Positions 21,829 through 32,217 of a stretch of 64,000 bases of DNA are shown here, in pieces; the first letter of the stretch is position 1; every line of letters starts with the position of its first letter. The position numbers and the translations under genes were made by a program. The notes below the pieces were generated by a model. It saw only the letters and a list, made by a program, of their open reading frames with translations, did no database searches and was not told where the DNA came from. Source of the DNA: a virus (taxonomy: Duplodnaviria > Caudoviricetes); IMG/VR virus record IMGVR_UViG_3300011008_000016, positions 32,001-96,000 of that record; one strand, 5' to 3'.

Positions 21829-22635
21829 TTACCCTCCATACATCAGTACCAGATATTCATGCATACAATTTATCTTGAATGTCGTACTTTGACCGCATTT
21901 ATAATTTGCGTGACATCTGAAAATTGCTATATCTGATTGGTCTGAAGGTAAGAATGTATATTTCATGGATAACGCTATAGGAGTGCCTTTTCTTGTTACT
22001 CCTGCCAATATGAATAAGGACTTTGCAATTCTTGTCTCTGCTAAACGATCTCCCAGATCTCTTGTTACTGTAATAGCTTCACCATCTCTAATACGAATCA
22101 ACATATCCTCGTCCATATCAACCCATTTATCTCCCATCATATTATCGACAGGATTAGTTAAATCTTGATACATAGTTAATCCGTCTGCTGTTGATTTTAC
22201 GTGTTCCGGTATATTATCCGTAATGAGTTTTCCAAGTTGAATTACCAAGTGCTCTCCTTCGGCAGTTTCCATATAGAAACCAAAATACGTTTCCGATTTA
22301 ACATAAGTGATATTCTTTCTGTATTCTGATTTCTCTGTATTGATTTCTTTTATTTCTGCAATCAATTTATCAAGGTCATCCATTTGATAGATACCATCTT
22401 TTGTGTAGTAATTATCTTCTAAATTATAAGAATTAAAAAATGGATCTTTGATGATGTGTCGCCCTGGAATTTTTCCAGTGTCCCAATTATTCTTTTCAGT
22501 ACAAATATAGCAATCGTTCTTTACAATGTAACGATTACCTATTTTGATGAGTCTTCCTAAAAAGGATAAGTAAGAATCAAAATCCTTACACTTTATAGGT
22601 AGTCTATATTCTAGCATGGTTAATCCCCCTTTCAT
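21829..22635 (-). CDS. hypothetical protein
   Basis: 268-aa ORF. Confidence 0.65.
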   Translation of the reverse strand: MKGGLTMLEYRLPIKCKDFDSYLSFLGRLIKIGNRYIVKNDCYICTEKNNWDTGKIPGRHIIKDPFFNSYNLEDNYYTKDGIYQMDDLDKLIAEIKEINTEKSEYRKNITYVKSETYFGFYMETAEGEHLVIQLGKLITDNIPEHVKSTADGLTMYQDLTNPVDNMMGDKWVDMDEDMLIRIRDGEAITVTRDLGDRLAETRIAKSLFILAGVTRKGTPIALSMKYTFLPSDQSDIAIFRCHANYKCGQSTTFKINCMHEYLVLMYGG

Positions 22636-22727
22636 TTATAGTTAAGTTTTATACAAAATAAGAAACCATTTTGCCAACCTCGGCAAAATGGTTTCTTTTA
22701 ATACCCCGCTTTAGACATGGTTATAGA

Positions 22728-23321
22728 TTAAGACCCGCTTTCATCATCAGATGCACAAGGACAATCTGATCCGTCTTCGGATTCACCGTCCCCTGAACAG
22801 CAATGATACTTAACTTCCGGCTGCTCGTCCTTAATAACTTTACCCGTAAGCATCGTAACGTCAATCTCATTCGAATAAATTGGTGAAAAGCTGATGTTAG
22901 ATTCAACTCCTACCAGTTTATAATCCCTGAGACATCCATAAATGAATGCATAGAGTGCTTTCAGCTTATGGGACATGAAGACTGCCGTATTCAGAATAAT
23001 CGCACAATCATAGAATTTGTCTTCAAGGGTGACTCCGAATATGGAATCCAGCATCTCTGCATAAGATTCGGAATCAATCTTGTTCAACGCAACATACAGT
23101 TCATACATAATGTTGCGATAGGATTCCTGTGAAGCCTTGGTGTTTTTGAATACAGCCATTGCATCCCTGATAGGCTTCATAAACAGGTTGAACTCTGTGT
23201 CATGGTCACAATGACCACTGTTTAACTGTGTCAGTTCGTTGTAAATATTGGCAAACGTATCGTGTATCCATTTGATATCGTTGTTTACCATATTCAACTG
23301 TATGACCTGAGTATAGCTCAT
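22728..23321 (-). CDS. hypothetical protein
   Basis: 197-aa ORF with acidic/Cys-containing tail. Confidence 0.65.
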   Translation of the reverse strand: MSYTQVIQLNMVNNDIKWIHDTFANIYNELTQLNSGHCDHDTEFNLFMKPIRDAMAVFKNTKASQESYRNIMYELYVALNKIDSESYAEMLDSIFGVTLEDKFYDCAIILNTAVFMSHKLKALYAFIYGCLRDYKLVGVESNISFSPIYSNEIDVTMLTGKVIKDEQPEVKYHCCSGDGESEDGSDCPCASDDESGS

Positions 23322-23752
23322 AATTCAAACTCCTTTACATCATACCCATTGTCATTAAACCACTTTGCTAAGATATGGCGATGACAAAAATCTTCAGGTT
23401 TCTCGTAGCAACATAACAGAATGTTGATTTCATCGGTTTCCATGATGGAGCAGTCCATTTCCATCAATTTGTTATCCAAGGTGTCTGGAAGAAATGACTC
23501 CAGTTCGAGAATCACTTCTGCCGCAACAAGATCTCTCAATATATTATTCTGATAACGAGTGGTGTATCTCTGTTCGTCAACAACACCCGTTTTATAACTT
23601 GTAAGTAAATCGTAGTCGGGCATAAGCGATTTAATCCTTGGTCCATGGAACCACTTCGGTGTTGAGAATGCGATAGAATATGGTACATAAAACCTACCAT
23701 CTGTCAGCTTATCGATCTTCTTTAACTTCCCGAAATAAGATGTGTAAATCAT
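23318..23752 (-). CDS. DUF488-like protein
   Basis: IYTSYF N-terminus and LLCCYEKPEDFCHRHILAKW motif. Confidence 0.7.
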   Translation of the reverse strand: MIYTSYFGKLKKIDKLTDGRFYVPYSIAFSTPKWFHGPRIKSLMPDYDLLTSYKTGVVDEQRYTTRYQNNILRDLVAAEVILELESFLPDTLDNKLMEMDCSIMETDEINILLCCYEKPEDFCHRHILAKWFNDNGYDVKEFEL

Positions 23753-23845
23753 CCTTTACTTATTACCTCCTTATAAGTTTGTACACCGGAGTAACGAGCA
23801 AAAATTAATGCCCGTTACTCCTTTAATCAACAATCCCTATTTCTT

Positions 23846-24814
23846 TTACTTCTTATCAGTACTCGGAGTTCTCAACTCGGAAATGAACGCTTCAATCAAT
23901 GGGTTCTTATCGTATTTTCCACCTGTCCTTTCTGCCAGATATTTAGTGATATGAATAGCAAACTCGTTTGCTAAGTTCTTCTCTGTCTGCGGACCTCTTC
24001 CAGTCTTTAACATCAACCGGAAATATTCCTTATCCGCATCATACTGCAACATATCATTCAATGTATTGACGGCGCTTGCATACCGTTTAACAGCCTCTTC
24101 ATGACTAATGCCCAAGATGTAAACCATCTCACTTATGATATTTCCAATGGTGTATCCTGTAGCCCATTTCCTTTCCGATTCAACGTAAAACACGTTCGGA
24201 TGGAATACCGATGTAATCATGTCCCTGAGAACTTTACCAGCCTGGTTTATAGGAGCATGTTCAATAAGCATCCTTGAGAATTTCAGATAGGTCGGCATTT
24301 TCTTATTCTTCCTATCATAATTCTCAATATGTCTTGCAAGCTCTGTATTCATCTTCTCAAGTCGCTTAGATGTATCTTCCAGTTTAGCCAGTTCTTCTGG
24401 AGTTACATTAAAATGAATGACGGTGAGAATATTTTCCGATGTCCTCTTATACCATTCTGACGTTTCCTTCGGTAAAATTTTGCAAATTACCGATAAGTTG
24501 AATAAAATTCCATTGACCAAATCACTCATTGAAGTTTCACCGAGTAAACTAAGTTCTGCTACATTAGCTCCAGTTGGTAACTTATTGAGGTAGAACTTTG
24601 GTTCCCAGTGTTCCTTAATAAAACTGGTAATTTGATCCTCGATAACCTCGTTCACTGTCGAACGGGTAGACTTATAGTATTCTACCGTTGCTCCATTATC
24701 AATCGCATTGATAATGTCCTCTTCAGAAAACCCATCAACGATTTCTCCATTACAATAAATATTGAGTTCTGGATCGTTATAGATTTCTTTGAGGTTCTCC
24801 TTTGTCAATTGCAT
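23846..24814 (-). CDS. hypothetical protein
   Basis: 322-aa ORF with RBS AGGAGG. Confidence 0.7.
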   Translation of the reverse strand: MQLTKENLKEIYNDPELNIYCNGEIVDGFSEEDIINAIDNGATVEYYKSTRSTVNEVIEDQITSFIKEHWEPKFYLNKLPTGANVAELSLLGETSMSDLVNGILFNLSVICKILPKETSEWYKRTSENILTVIHFNVTPEELAKLEDTSKRLEKMNTELARHIENYDRKNKKMPTYLKFSRMLIEHAPINQAGKVLRDMITSVFHPNVFYVESERKWATGYTIGNIISEMVYILGISHEEAVKRYASAVNTLNDMLQYDADKEYFRLMLKTGRGPQTEKNLANEFAIHITKYLAERTGGKYDKNPLIEAFISELRTPSTDKK

Positions 24815-24984
24815 TATGAATTTCCTCCTTCTATCGTTTCGATGACCCTACTAATTAGCTCATCTATCTTAGCCACATCGTCGATGTTGATATAGGCTAC
24901 AGATTTAGAAGCCATTGGGCAGTTATTCTCATAGTATCGTATAATCGACAGAGCTTCATTAAGATCATTAATTGCCGTTTCCAT
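24814..24984 (-). CDS. small hypothetical protein (56 aa)
   Basis: METAINDLNEAL...; RBS AAGGAG; TAATG overlaps with both neighbours. Confidence 0.5.
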   Translation of the reverse strand: METAINDLNEALSIIRYYENNCPMASKSVAYINIDDVAKIDELISRVIETIEGGNS

Positions 24985-25163
24985 TATACTCTCCTTAATA
25001 TATCGACCCTATTTGGATCAAACTTTTCAGCCAGTCTTTTTTCAGTCTCCTTCCTCATTTTCTGAATAACAAGGCTCTTTCTGGCAGAACCTACCTTAAT
25101 ATACATTGCATGTGCGATTGCACCATCAACAGATGTTGTCGGGTTTATTGCTGTTGTAATCAT
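24984..25163 (-). CDS. small hypothetical protein (59 aa)
   Basis: MITTAINPTT...; RBS AGGAGG. Confidence 0.5.
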   Translation of the reverse strand: MITTAINPTTSVDGAIAHAMYIKVGSARKSLVIQKMRKETEKRLAEKFDPNRVDILRRV

Positions 25164-25178
25164 ATTGTGATACCTCCT

Positions 25179-25808
25179 TTATTTCCTCTCCAGTTTCGAT
25201 GCTATCATGTCTGCTGTATGTGTCCAAAATACATTTGGGCAGGTTTTGATGGCTTCGTCATAAAACCTCCATTCAGATGAATCTGTATACGCTCCCATAT
25301 GATACCGGATACATAATGCCTCTTCCTCTGTAAGCAGAATCTTTGATGAGAGCATAAGGATGCTCTTGGAACCATGTCCTGATTCGAACGTAGGTCTGTA
25401 CTCAATTGGACCTTTTCCTGTAAAGTATTTTTCTTGAATATCTATCTTACTATCAAAATCATAGTCGTATTCGTGCAATTTGCATACATCATGAAGTATT
25501 CCGATAATAATTGGAGAACCATTATCCATCCATTCTAACTGATATAACTCTGTTAAAAGAACTAACTGACGAGTCACTTCAAATGAATGAATAAATAATC
25601 CACCCCGACAAGCTCCGTGATGCCCTTTACCAGCCGGACAATTGTAATATCCACTAGCACCAAGCCATTTGAATAATCCCGATGCTGCTCGGTTTGTTAT
25701 AAAAGCTGCCATAATATACTTTGTAAATTCTCTCCTCTCAGCCGTTCCCATCTCAGATACATCTGTATCGATGATCCGTTCGTAAATTTGTTTTACCCCA
25801 TCATTCAT
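25179..25808 (-). CDS. HD-domain phosphohydrolase
   Basis: PAGKGHHG..GGLFIHS, LHDVCK, GHG, IRYHMG, HTAD. Confidence 0.88.
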   Translation of the reverse strand: MNDGVKQIYERIIDTDVSEMGTAERREFTKYIMAAFITNRAASGLFKWLGASGYYNCPAGKGHHGACRGGLFIHSFEVTRQLVLLTELYQLEWMDNGSPIIIGILHDVCKLHEYDYDFDSKIDIQEKYFTGKGPIEYRPTFESGHGSKSILMLSSKILLTEEEALCIRYHMGAYTDSSEWRFYDEAIKTCPNVFWTHTADMIASKLERK

Positions 25809-25890
25809 ATGATGACCTCCTTTTGTATGTTTAAATTATAAGTAGTGGGTTGAGATTTCTCAACCCACTACTTTAATATAGTTACTAATA

Positions 25891-27687
25891 TTACGCCGTC
25901 ATCTTCATGCGGTTATAAACCTCTGCACTAATGGTTTCATAGCTTGGAAGATTAAACCACTTCTCACCTAAGAACAGAGTGTTCTTTGCAATAAGATCTT
26001 CTACGAACTCCTTACCAGCGTCATCGTCGTATCGTTTCAGTTTATCTCCATCAATAATAAACAGCTTTCCTATCATTGTAGCCGCAAAGATATTAAAGGA
26101 ACATATAGAATTTGGATACATTGCTGAGAAGTCGAAATCTATAGAATCACCGAAGAGATATTTACTTGCTTTTCCAAACAGAATAATACCGTGATGTCCA
26201 TTTAATTCTGGGTCACCATTGATGGCACCTTCAAATGACTCTTGGGAATCTTCCAAATCTCTTTCGAACGAATCACTCTCAGCATCTTCATCGTAATATC
26301 CATTATCAGAGTCTACTCGTTTAGCCCCATTGTCAAAGTTGACGTTATGGCCGAGTATCAAATTATCGTTAATTAAGAATTCTCTATAGAAGAATGCCCT
26401 TAACGAAACAGTCTGTTTCATACCATCTTTATAGTTGCAGTATGAATGTAGACATGAATTGTATAGGTTATAGGCATCATTACATTTCTCATTAATTCCT
26501 GATTGTAACAAAGTATCGTTGACATTGTATACGTCATACAGCAGGAAATTATTACGAGAAAATAAAATAAAGTTGCCCTTCGTTTCTTCTCCGAATTTAA
26601 TTTTTCCTTCACCAACACCTTCTTTTGTTGCAATAGCATCCAAAGATACTTTTCGAAGAGCTGTCTGCGACCTACGAAGACCAGCGTATACAGCAGGTTG
26701 ATCGAGGTAACGTGTATAAGATGAACAATCGAAATAATTTCTCTTTGTATCCCAATCGAAGTTGTTATTATCTTCATGATAGTAAAGTGTTGATGTAGGG
26801 AAATCCGAATGGCAAAATAGGTTTGCTGGATTCATTTTAAGGTGTTCCGCACGTCCGATAATGTATGGAATATCGAAATCCATATTCCAAATAAAACAAA
26901 TGTCTCGTTTCAGTACATGAATTAATCGAAACGCCTGTGTTAATAAATCTCGTTCATCATCGAACGCATATTGTACATATTCAAACCCCGGAAATGACTC
27001 ATCGAATCGTTCATGTAATTTTTGTTGTAATTCCTCTTGTCTATTCTCAATAAATGGAATAATCTGAGGATTGTCTTTTGTTTTAAGATAAAACGTACTG
27101 ACTCTTCGTTTAACAGAGTCACAAATAGAAATCATATCAATGGGACATTCACCACGCCTTGGAATTGGACCATCCCAATGCATCTGGTCAACCTCGATAT
27201 CAAGGTATATGCAATCTAACCATTTTCTATCTTCATTGTCGAGTTCTTGTTCCCAGATAACCCGGTAATAAGTTTCAATAGGAATGTCTCCACCTAAACA
27301 ATAAGGCCACTTATAAAGTTGCCTACGCATCTTTTTTGTCTTATTTTCATAGTAGAATTTTTCGTATTCTGAACCAGCCATCTTTGCAATTTCTTTTAGT
27401 ACATCTTTATATTTTACCTCGTGCGGAATAAGTTTATCTTTTTCCATATAATGACGAGGTTTCTTAAATGTAGAACGAAGTTCTTCAGGAACCTCATACA
27501 ACATAATGGTTGGTTCAGTAATTGTATAAATTCCCTTCTGTTTCGTGATTAAGTCTTTATATACAAAATTCAGATAATCCTTCCATCCTGTTGTAGCATT
27601 ACCACTTTGATATATAACGTCGCATAACATTAATTTGCGACCGGCAAGTTCTTTAAATACTAAAGGTTCTGTTGCCATTGGAAACAT
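25891..27687 (-). CDS. B-family DNA polymerase, N-terminal part (3'-5' exonuclease plus motif A)
   Basis: YLDIEVD (ExoI), WNMDFDIPYI (ExoII), YNVND (ExoIII), DFDFSAMYPN (motif A). Confidence 0.9.
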   Translation of the reverse strand: MFPMATEPLVFKELAGRKLMLCDVIYQSGNATTGWKDYLNFVYKDLITKQKGIYTITEPTIMLYEVPEELRSTFKKPRHYMEKDKLIPHEVKYKDVLKEIAKMAGSEYEKFYYENKTKKMRRQLYKWPYCLGGDIPIETYYRVIWEQELDNEDRKWLDCIYLDIEVDQMHWDGPIPRRGECPIDMISICDSVKRRVSTFYLKTKDNPQIIPFIENRQEELQQKLHERFDESFPGFEYVQYAFDDERDLLTQAFRLIHVLKRDICFIWNMDFDIPYIIGRAEHLKMNPANLFCHSDFPTSTLYYHEDNNNFDWDTKRNYFDCSSYTRYLDQPAVYAGLRRSQTALRKVSLDAIATKEGVGEGKIKFGEETKGNFILFSRNNFLLYDVYNVNDTLLQSGINEKCNDAYNLYNSCLHSYCNYKDGMKQTVSLRAFFYREFLINDNLILGHNVNFDNGAKRVDSDNGYYDEDAESDSFERDLEDSQESFEGAINGDPELNGHHGIILFGKASKYLFGDSIDFDFSAMYPNSICSFNIFAATMIGKLFIIDGDKLKRYDDDAGKEFVEDLIAKNTLFLGEKWFNLPSYETISAEVYNRMKMTA

Positions 27688-27835
27688 CTCCTTTCTTTGT
27701 TTTTTAGTTTCTATCTTTTAGATGGTTGTCAATTTGGTCATACGAACTTAATATCGTTATAAAACAAAGAAAGCACTTGGGTAGAAACCTACCCAAGTGC
27801 TTTTATGAGTTCGTAATCTTCTCGGTTTGATCAGA

Positions 27836-28819
27836 TTAAGCATCCGCCCAACGACTTGTAACAACATCGTCAGAAGCTGAATCCGGGTTTGGATTATCTT
27901 TGAGAGACGATGCAGAAGGTCCAAACGGAGCCGCATAGTTATGACCGTCATCAAATGTCATCCAGTTGTTGATATGCGGAGTCTGAATTCTCTTACCGAT
28001 AAGTTCCTTATTGTATCCAGAGTACATATTCAGATAGTTCCTCAGGATATTGTACCTTGCCAGAGCAAGAGTCCCGATGTAGTTAATCTGTGCACTCATG
28101 TATTTCGATGCCGTAAACTCAATGCTGAGCTGTACGAGATCATGTGAACCAGACTCATAGACAAAGTGACTATGATCGCTCCCCTTCGGGAACATATTGG
28201 TCAACAGGCATACGTACTCAGGCTCCATACCCGTTGGGTCGGTAGCCACATAAAGCATCTCCATAGTATGATTGGACTGAGACAGATACAAATCGCCACG
28301 AGTTGTAACGTCGTATCCCTCATTTTCCAGTAACGTAGAACCGGTCTGATAATCGACATCTCTTGCACCATGATAGTGCGAAAGACCCGTAAACGGATCG
28401 ATTGTACCGGTAATCCAGAAGTCAAGATATGTACGAATCAGGGAACCCTGGGTTTCGTAAATCTTAACTGTAATAGCGGATGTATCATCCTTTACGTTGA
28501 TAGGGAGTTCAACCGTATTTCCAACGTAACCAACGGTAGCGCTGGTGAAATCAACGGTATAACCCTGAATTCCATCGATTCCAGTATTAGCAAACTGAAG
28601 TAAGTGACGGAACTTCTTTGTTTCATCCGGCAGCAGATACTGGACAAATTTCGGCATCTGCAAGATGAACATACGACCGTAACCTGTTCTCAGGAGGTCA
28701 TACTGTTTCAACGCAGCATTCGTTGTATCAGTGCCGCCAAGCCAGAATGCGTAATTCTCAAGATTATCCAGATTATCTTTATGGATATTATCCTGTAAAG
28801 TCGCAACTAATCTTGCCAT
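27836..28819 (-). CDS. putative tail tube protein
   Basis: 327 aa directly downstream of the sheath gene; tube-like composition; terminator follows. Confidence 0.6.
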   Translation of the reverse strand: MARLVATLQDNIHKDNLDNLENYAFWLGGTDTTNAALKQYDLLRTGYGRMFILQMPKFVQYLLPDETKKFRHLLQFANTGIDGIQGYTVDFTSATVGYVGNTVELPINVKDDTSAITVKIYETQGSLIRTYLDFWITGTIDPFTGLSHYHGARDVDYQTGSTLLENEGYDVTTRGDLYLSQSNHTMEMLYVATDPTGMEPEYVCLLTNMFPKGSDHSHFVYESGSHDLVQLSIEFTASKYMSAQINYIGTLALARYNILRNYLNMYSGYNKELIGKRIQTPHINNWMTFDDGHNYAAPFGPSASSLKDNPNPDSASDDVVTSRWADA

Positions 28820-28837
28820 TTTAATTACCTCCTTTCA

Positions 28838-31252
28838 TTATGATGCCGCCGCCGCTGTCATAGACGTTGTACCGTCAACGACACGAGGGTCAAGATAAAG
28901 TTCAAGCTCACCTCTCTGAATAACCGTCTTGAAGGTAATGTGAATCTTCAGGCGGAGCAAGCTCTTCTTCTCATCGTTAGAAGTCATCTCGAACTGTAAG
29001 TAAGCACTTCTGACATATTTTCCAAGTTCGTACTGAAGGATATCAGAAGCATCCTCTTCATAACGAGCACGGTCAGAAGCCTCTCCAAGCTTGTAAATCT
29101 TGGAAGACAACAGCCGGTAACCAACCTCGATTGCTTTCTGAACGATGTACTCATTCATTTCAAGCAGACGGTCCGATTTACTCTGGCAGGAAGTAATAGC
29201 CGTAGACCTCTGTACAGAGTTATATGTCAGTGTCTCATAGACATTGACACGCAGCCTATACAGTGTATCTTTCAAATCATCCGAATCAGGATCAATAACC
29301 GGTAGGAATGTCCCACGGATATAATCCTTCTTAGTCCTCAGGATAGCCTTATCCCTTGCCAACGGCAGTCCGTAGATAGTCTCTTCGCTTGCCATATGGT
29401 TCGGAAGTGCTTTTGCAAGCCAGTGAGTAATTGTAAACTCACAAACTTTTCCAGTATAGAGAACATCACGTTTCTTGTAGCAATGACCTTCTTTAACGAC
29501 ATTGTATCCATATACACCACGCAGACGAGATGCAACGTTTACAAGACGGGAAGTCGTTCTGACAAGACCGCAATCAATGTAAGTCATCAGGTCATACTCA
29601 CGCATATTCGCAAGAGCCGCCATCTGCTTCTTGACAGGGAGGTCATATCCAGCATCCAGATTGAAGTTTGCAGGGGAAGAGAACCTCGACTTGATATAAG
29701 GGTCAATCTCACCAGCATAAGCCTTAACCAGAAGTTCAGACTTCGCCGTTGTAATCTCCTCAGTAGTCATGTCATCCCAACCATCATTACCACATTTCAT
29801 GGTAAATCCATCCAGTGAGAACAGATTCAGATAGTCATCTCTCGTAGTATCCTGCTCCAGACCTTCAACGGTCAAGCCTTCCAGCGTAAGTCCGGTAAGA
29901 ATATCCATAGTCCACGGAGTGAACTCAGAACCCGGCTTTACAAGGCTATTGTACATCTCGCATATAGCTTCGTATGTCTCGATGTAAACCTTAGAATTGA
30001 TTCTAAGAGAACCGGTCTCAAGATCGTTGATAACGTCTTCCAGATAAACTGAAGGACCATAATCAACACTCTTGTCGAAGCCATCAGGATCAAATGTACC
30101 GGTTCCGATTTCCCTTTTCACCAGTCCTTCGTCACCCGGCTCCATAACCGTAATTGTGTATTCATGTCTCTCCGGAAGTTCATAGCCAAGCCAGTTTCCG
30201 TAGAGATAATCACTCAGTCCATTGCCATTAATGTACTCAGTGATGTTAGCAAACTGAAGGTGAATGCTATCACCATATTTGCCACGTCCCTGTGCATAGT
30301 ACAGCATGAACGGCATATTGTAGAAGCCATTCTCATCAGGATCAATTTCCATCAGAGACAGAGCGGCTTCCTGAAGGGCATCAATCGTATGAGCACCTTC
30401 GATGTATTTCGGATAGAAAGAGTACACGAGTTTGTACTGAGTAGTCTCTTCCTCAGTCTCGCCACTTTCGTCTCCTGTTTCGTCTCCACCAGTGGTATCT
30501 TCACCGTCAACAATAGTTCCAGGGGTATCCCCACTATCATCAACATAGGTACCGTTTTTAATGGCAGTAAGTTTATCGGCAAGTTCCTCTTTGGAACTCC
30601 ACGTAACTTTCGTAAGGTAGCCTTCATCGATATTGATCTGAACCTCTTCACGAGAAGAGAATAACAGACTGGTATCTTCGAAAAGCTCGTCCGGATTCTC
30701 GCCCTTTACAGCCCTGAAGTCATTATCGCCTTCAAAGATGTAGATGATATCATCATCCTTATCATAGTATCCGGTCGTTGTAGTAGTTTCATCGGTTTCA
30801 TCAGGATTTTCAATAGTAGGAACAGAGCTTGACTCGTCTCCACTTGTAGATCCGGATGTATCGCCGTTGGTAGTATCTGTAGATGTATTATCATCGCCCG
30901 CAGTAACGGCCTCGACTTTAAATCTAACCATGACGACGATATTGGAGTATGTTGCGGTTTCCGGTCTGAGATTCATGACATACATGCCGCAATTCCCTGT
31001 CGCCAGAGCATTGTCAACATTATATGCTGCTTGACCCAGAAGCTTGTAATTCGGTTTACCGCATTCACGTAGATAAGCGGTCCGGTTCGCCATATACAAC
31101 AAGGTATTGTCACGGCCCCCCGTGAAGAACCCGACCTGCATTCCGTTAAAACTTTTACGAGTCTCGACAACTTCTTCTTCCTGGAACTCAGTATTGTCGT
31201 AGATCTGTATGGTAATATACGGATGCTGGTAATTTGTTGTACCAGTACTCAT
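28838..31252 (-). CDS. contractile tail sheath protein
   Basis: N-terminal HPYITIQIYD, C-terminal sheath-like LRLKIHITFKTVI; CACA-N6-TAA at 31313-31325. Confidence 0.75.
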   Translation of the reverse strand: MSTGTTNYQHPYITIQIYDNTEFQEEEVVETRKSFNGMQVGFFTGGRDNTLLYMANRTAYLRECGKPNYKLLGQAAYNVDNALATGNCGMYVMNLRPETATYSNIVVMVRFKVEAVTAGDDNTSTDTTNGDTSGSTSGDESSSVPTIENPDETDETTTTTGYYDKDDDIIYIFEGDNDFRAVKGENPDELFEDTSLLFSSREEVQINIDEGYLTKVTWSSKEELADKLTAIKNGTYVDDSGDTPGTIVDGEDTTGGDETGDESGETEEETTQYKLVYSFYPKYIEGAHTIDALQEAALSLMEIDPDENGFYNMPFMLYYAQGRGKYGDSIHLQFANITEYINGNGLSDYLYGNWLGYELPERHEYTITVMEPGDEGLVKREIGTGTFDPDGFDKSVDYGPSVYLEDVINDLETGSLRINSKVYIETYEAICEMYNSLVKPGSEFTPWTMDILTGLTLEGLTVEGLEQDTTRDDYLNLFSLDGFTMKCGNDGWDDMTTEEITTAKSELLVKAYAGEIDPYIKSRFSSPANFNLDAGYDLPVKKQMAALANMREYDLMTYIDCGLVRTTSRLVNVASRLRGVYGYNVVKEGHCYKKRDVLYTGKVCEFTITHWLAKALPNHMASEETIYGLPLARDKAILRTKKDYIRGTFLPVIDPDSDDLKDTLYRLRVNVYETLTYNSVQRSTAITSCQSKSDRLLEMNEYIVQKAIEVGYRLLSSKIYKLGEASDRARYEEDASDILQYELGKYVRSAYLQFEMTSNDEKKSLLRLKIHITFKTVIQRGELELYLDPRVVDGTTSMTAAAAS

Positions 31253-31312
31253 GGTCTTTACCTCCTATTTTAATTTTTCATTTTGTGAACGCACTGACTG
31301 GGATATGTGCAT

Positions 31313-31325
31313 TTATATGGTTGTG
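31313..31325 (-). promoter_or_regulatory. representative late-type promoter motif NACA-N6-TAA
   Basis: also at 2730, 7271, 23771, 27718, 32203, 40140, 45944, 50517, 53222 and 55995 (-) and 7389, 11645, 35581, 48000, 52198 and 56034 (+). Confidence 0.75.
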
Positions 31326-31434
31326 GGACAGTAGAACGAGACGATTTGAAAGATTTATAATAATAAAACCATTTAATTTTAGATTAAATAAAAGAGAATA
31401 AGTGGTACGAAAACCATGTCCGTACCACTTATTC

Positions 31435-32196
31435 TCATAATTTTAGCAAATCCTCGATAGGGGAAATCTTCTGTTCCCTTTCCTCTTTTGTCATAGAAAG
31501 TGCAATGTCGACTGTAAAATTAAAGTCTTCGAATGATAGACCACCTAATACAGAGGATGCACTCATCTCACGAATATTGGCAAACCGATAGCCAATCATT
31601 TTTGGTTTCTTCATCTTAGCAATCACTTCGCACCATCTTACATCCATATTATTTGGGTCACGACATAAACTTGCCGTAATAGTAGATAGTGCAGTAACCG
31701 GAACATGCAGAGAAATATCATTCATAACCATGTTTTGAATCCAAGACGGAGTCAAAATATCGTATGGGATATTATCATCTAATCGTCCATCCAGATAAGT
31801 CTCTGCATATAAAGTTACACTATCCAAATCCCGAATAATTTCATTCTGGAAACATTTATATCCATCTCCAAATGTAAGAACGCAATATGGCTTTACATAA
31901 GATTCAGGATATATCAAGATGTTTTTATCACTATCTACATCCTGAGGATAGAAATTAATATAAGATGGTATACGAAGTGTACCTTTTTTAGCCACTTTTC
32001 CAGCATCTGCATCCTGAATTGTTTCATACCATCTATATGGAAGTAATCCTAAACAACCGACTGTAGAACCCTCGATTTTACCGATATTTGTATCAATGTA
32101 TTTTTGTAAAATAAAAACTTGTAATACTCCCTTTGTGAGTACAAAGTTTTGCTTATCTTTTTTAAGAATCTTTGATAAGTTCTCCATAACAATCAC
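31435..32196 (-). CDS. putative RNA polymerase beta' extreme C-terminal fragment (virion RNAP?)
   Basis: SVLGGLSFEDFNFTVDIAL resembles bacterial beta' SFISAASFQETTRVLTEAA; late-type motif at 32203. Confidence 0.45.
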   Translation of the reverse strand: MIVMENLSKILKKDKQNFVLTKGVLQVFILQKYIDTNIGKIEGSTVGCLGLLPYRWYETIQDADAGKVAKKGTLRIPSYINFYPQDVDSDKNILIYPESYVKPYCVLTFGDGYKCFQNEIIRDLDSVTLYAETYLDGRLDDNIPYDILTPSWIQNMVMNDISLHVPVTALSTITASLCRDPNNMDVRWCEVIAKMKKPKMIGYRFANIREMSASSVLGGLSFEDFNFTVDIALSMTKEEREQKISPIEDLLKL

Positions 32197-32217
32197 CTCA
32201 CTTTATCTTTTTGTGGA

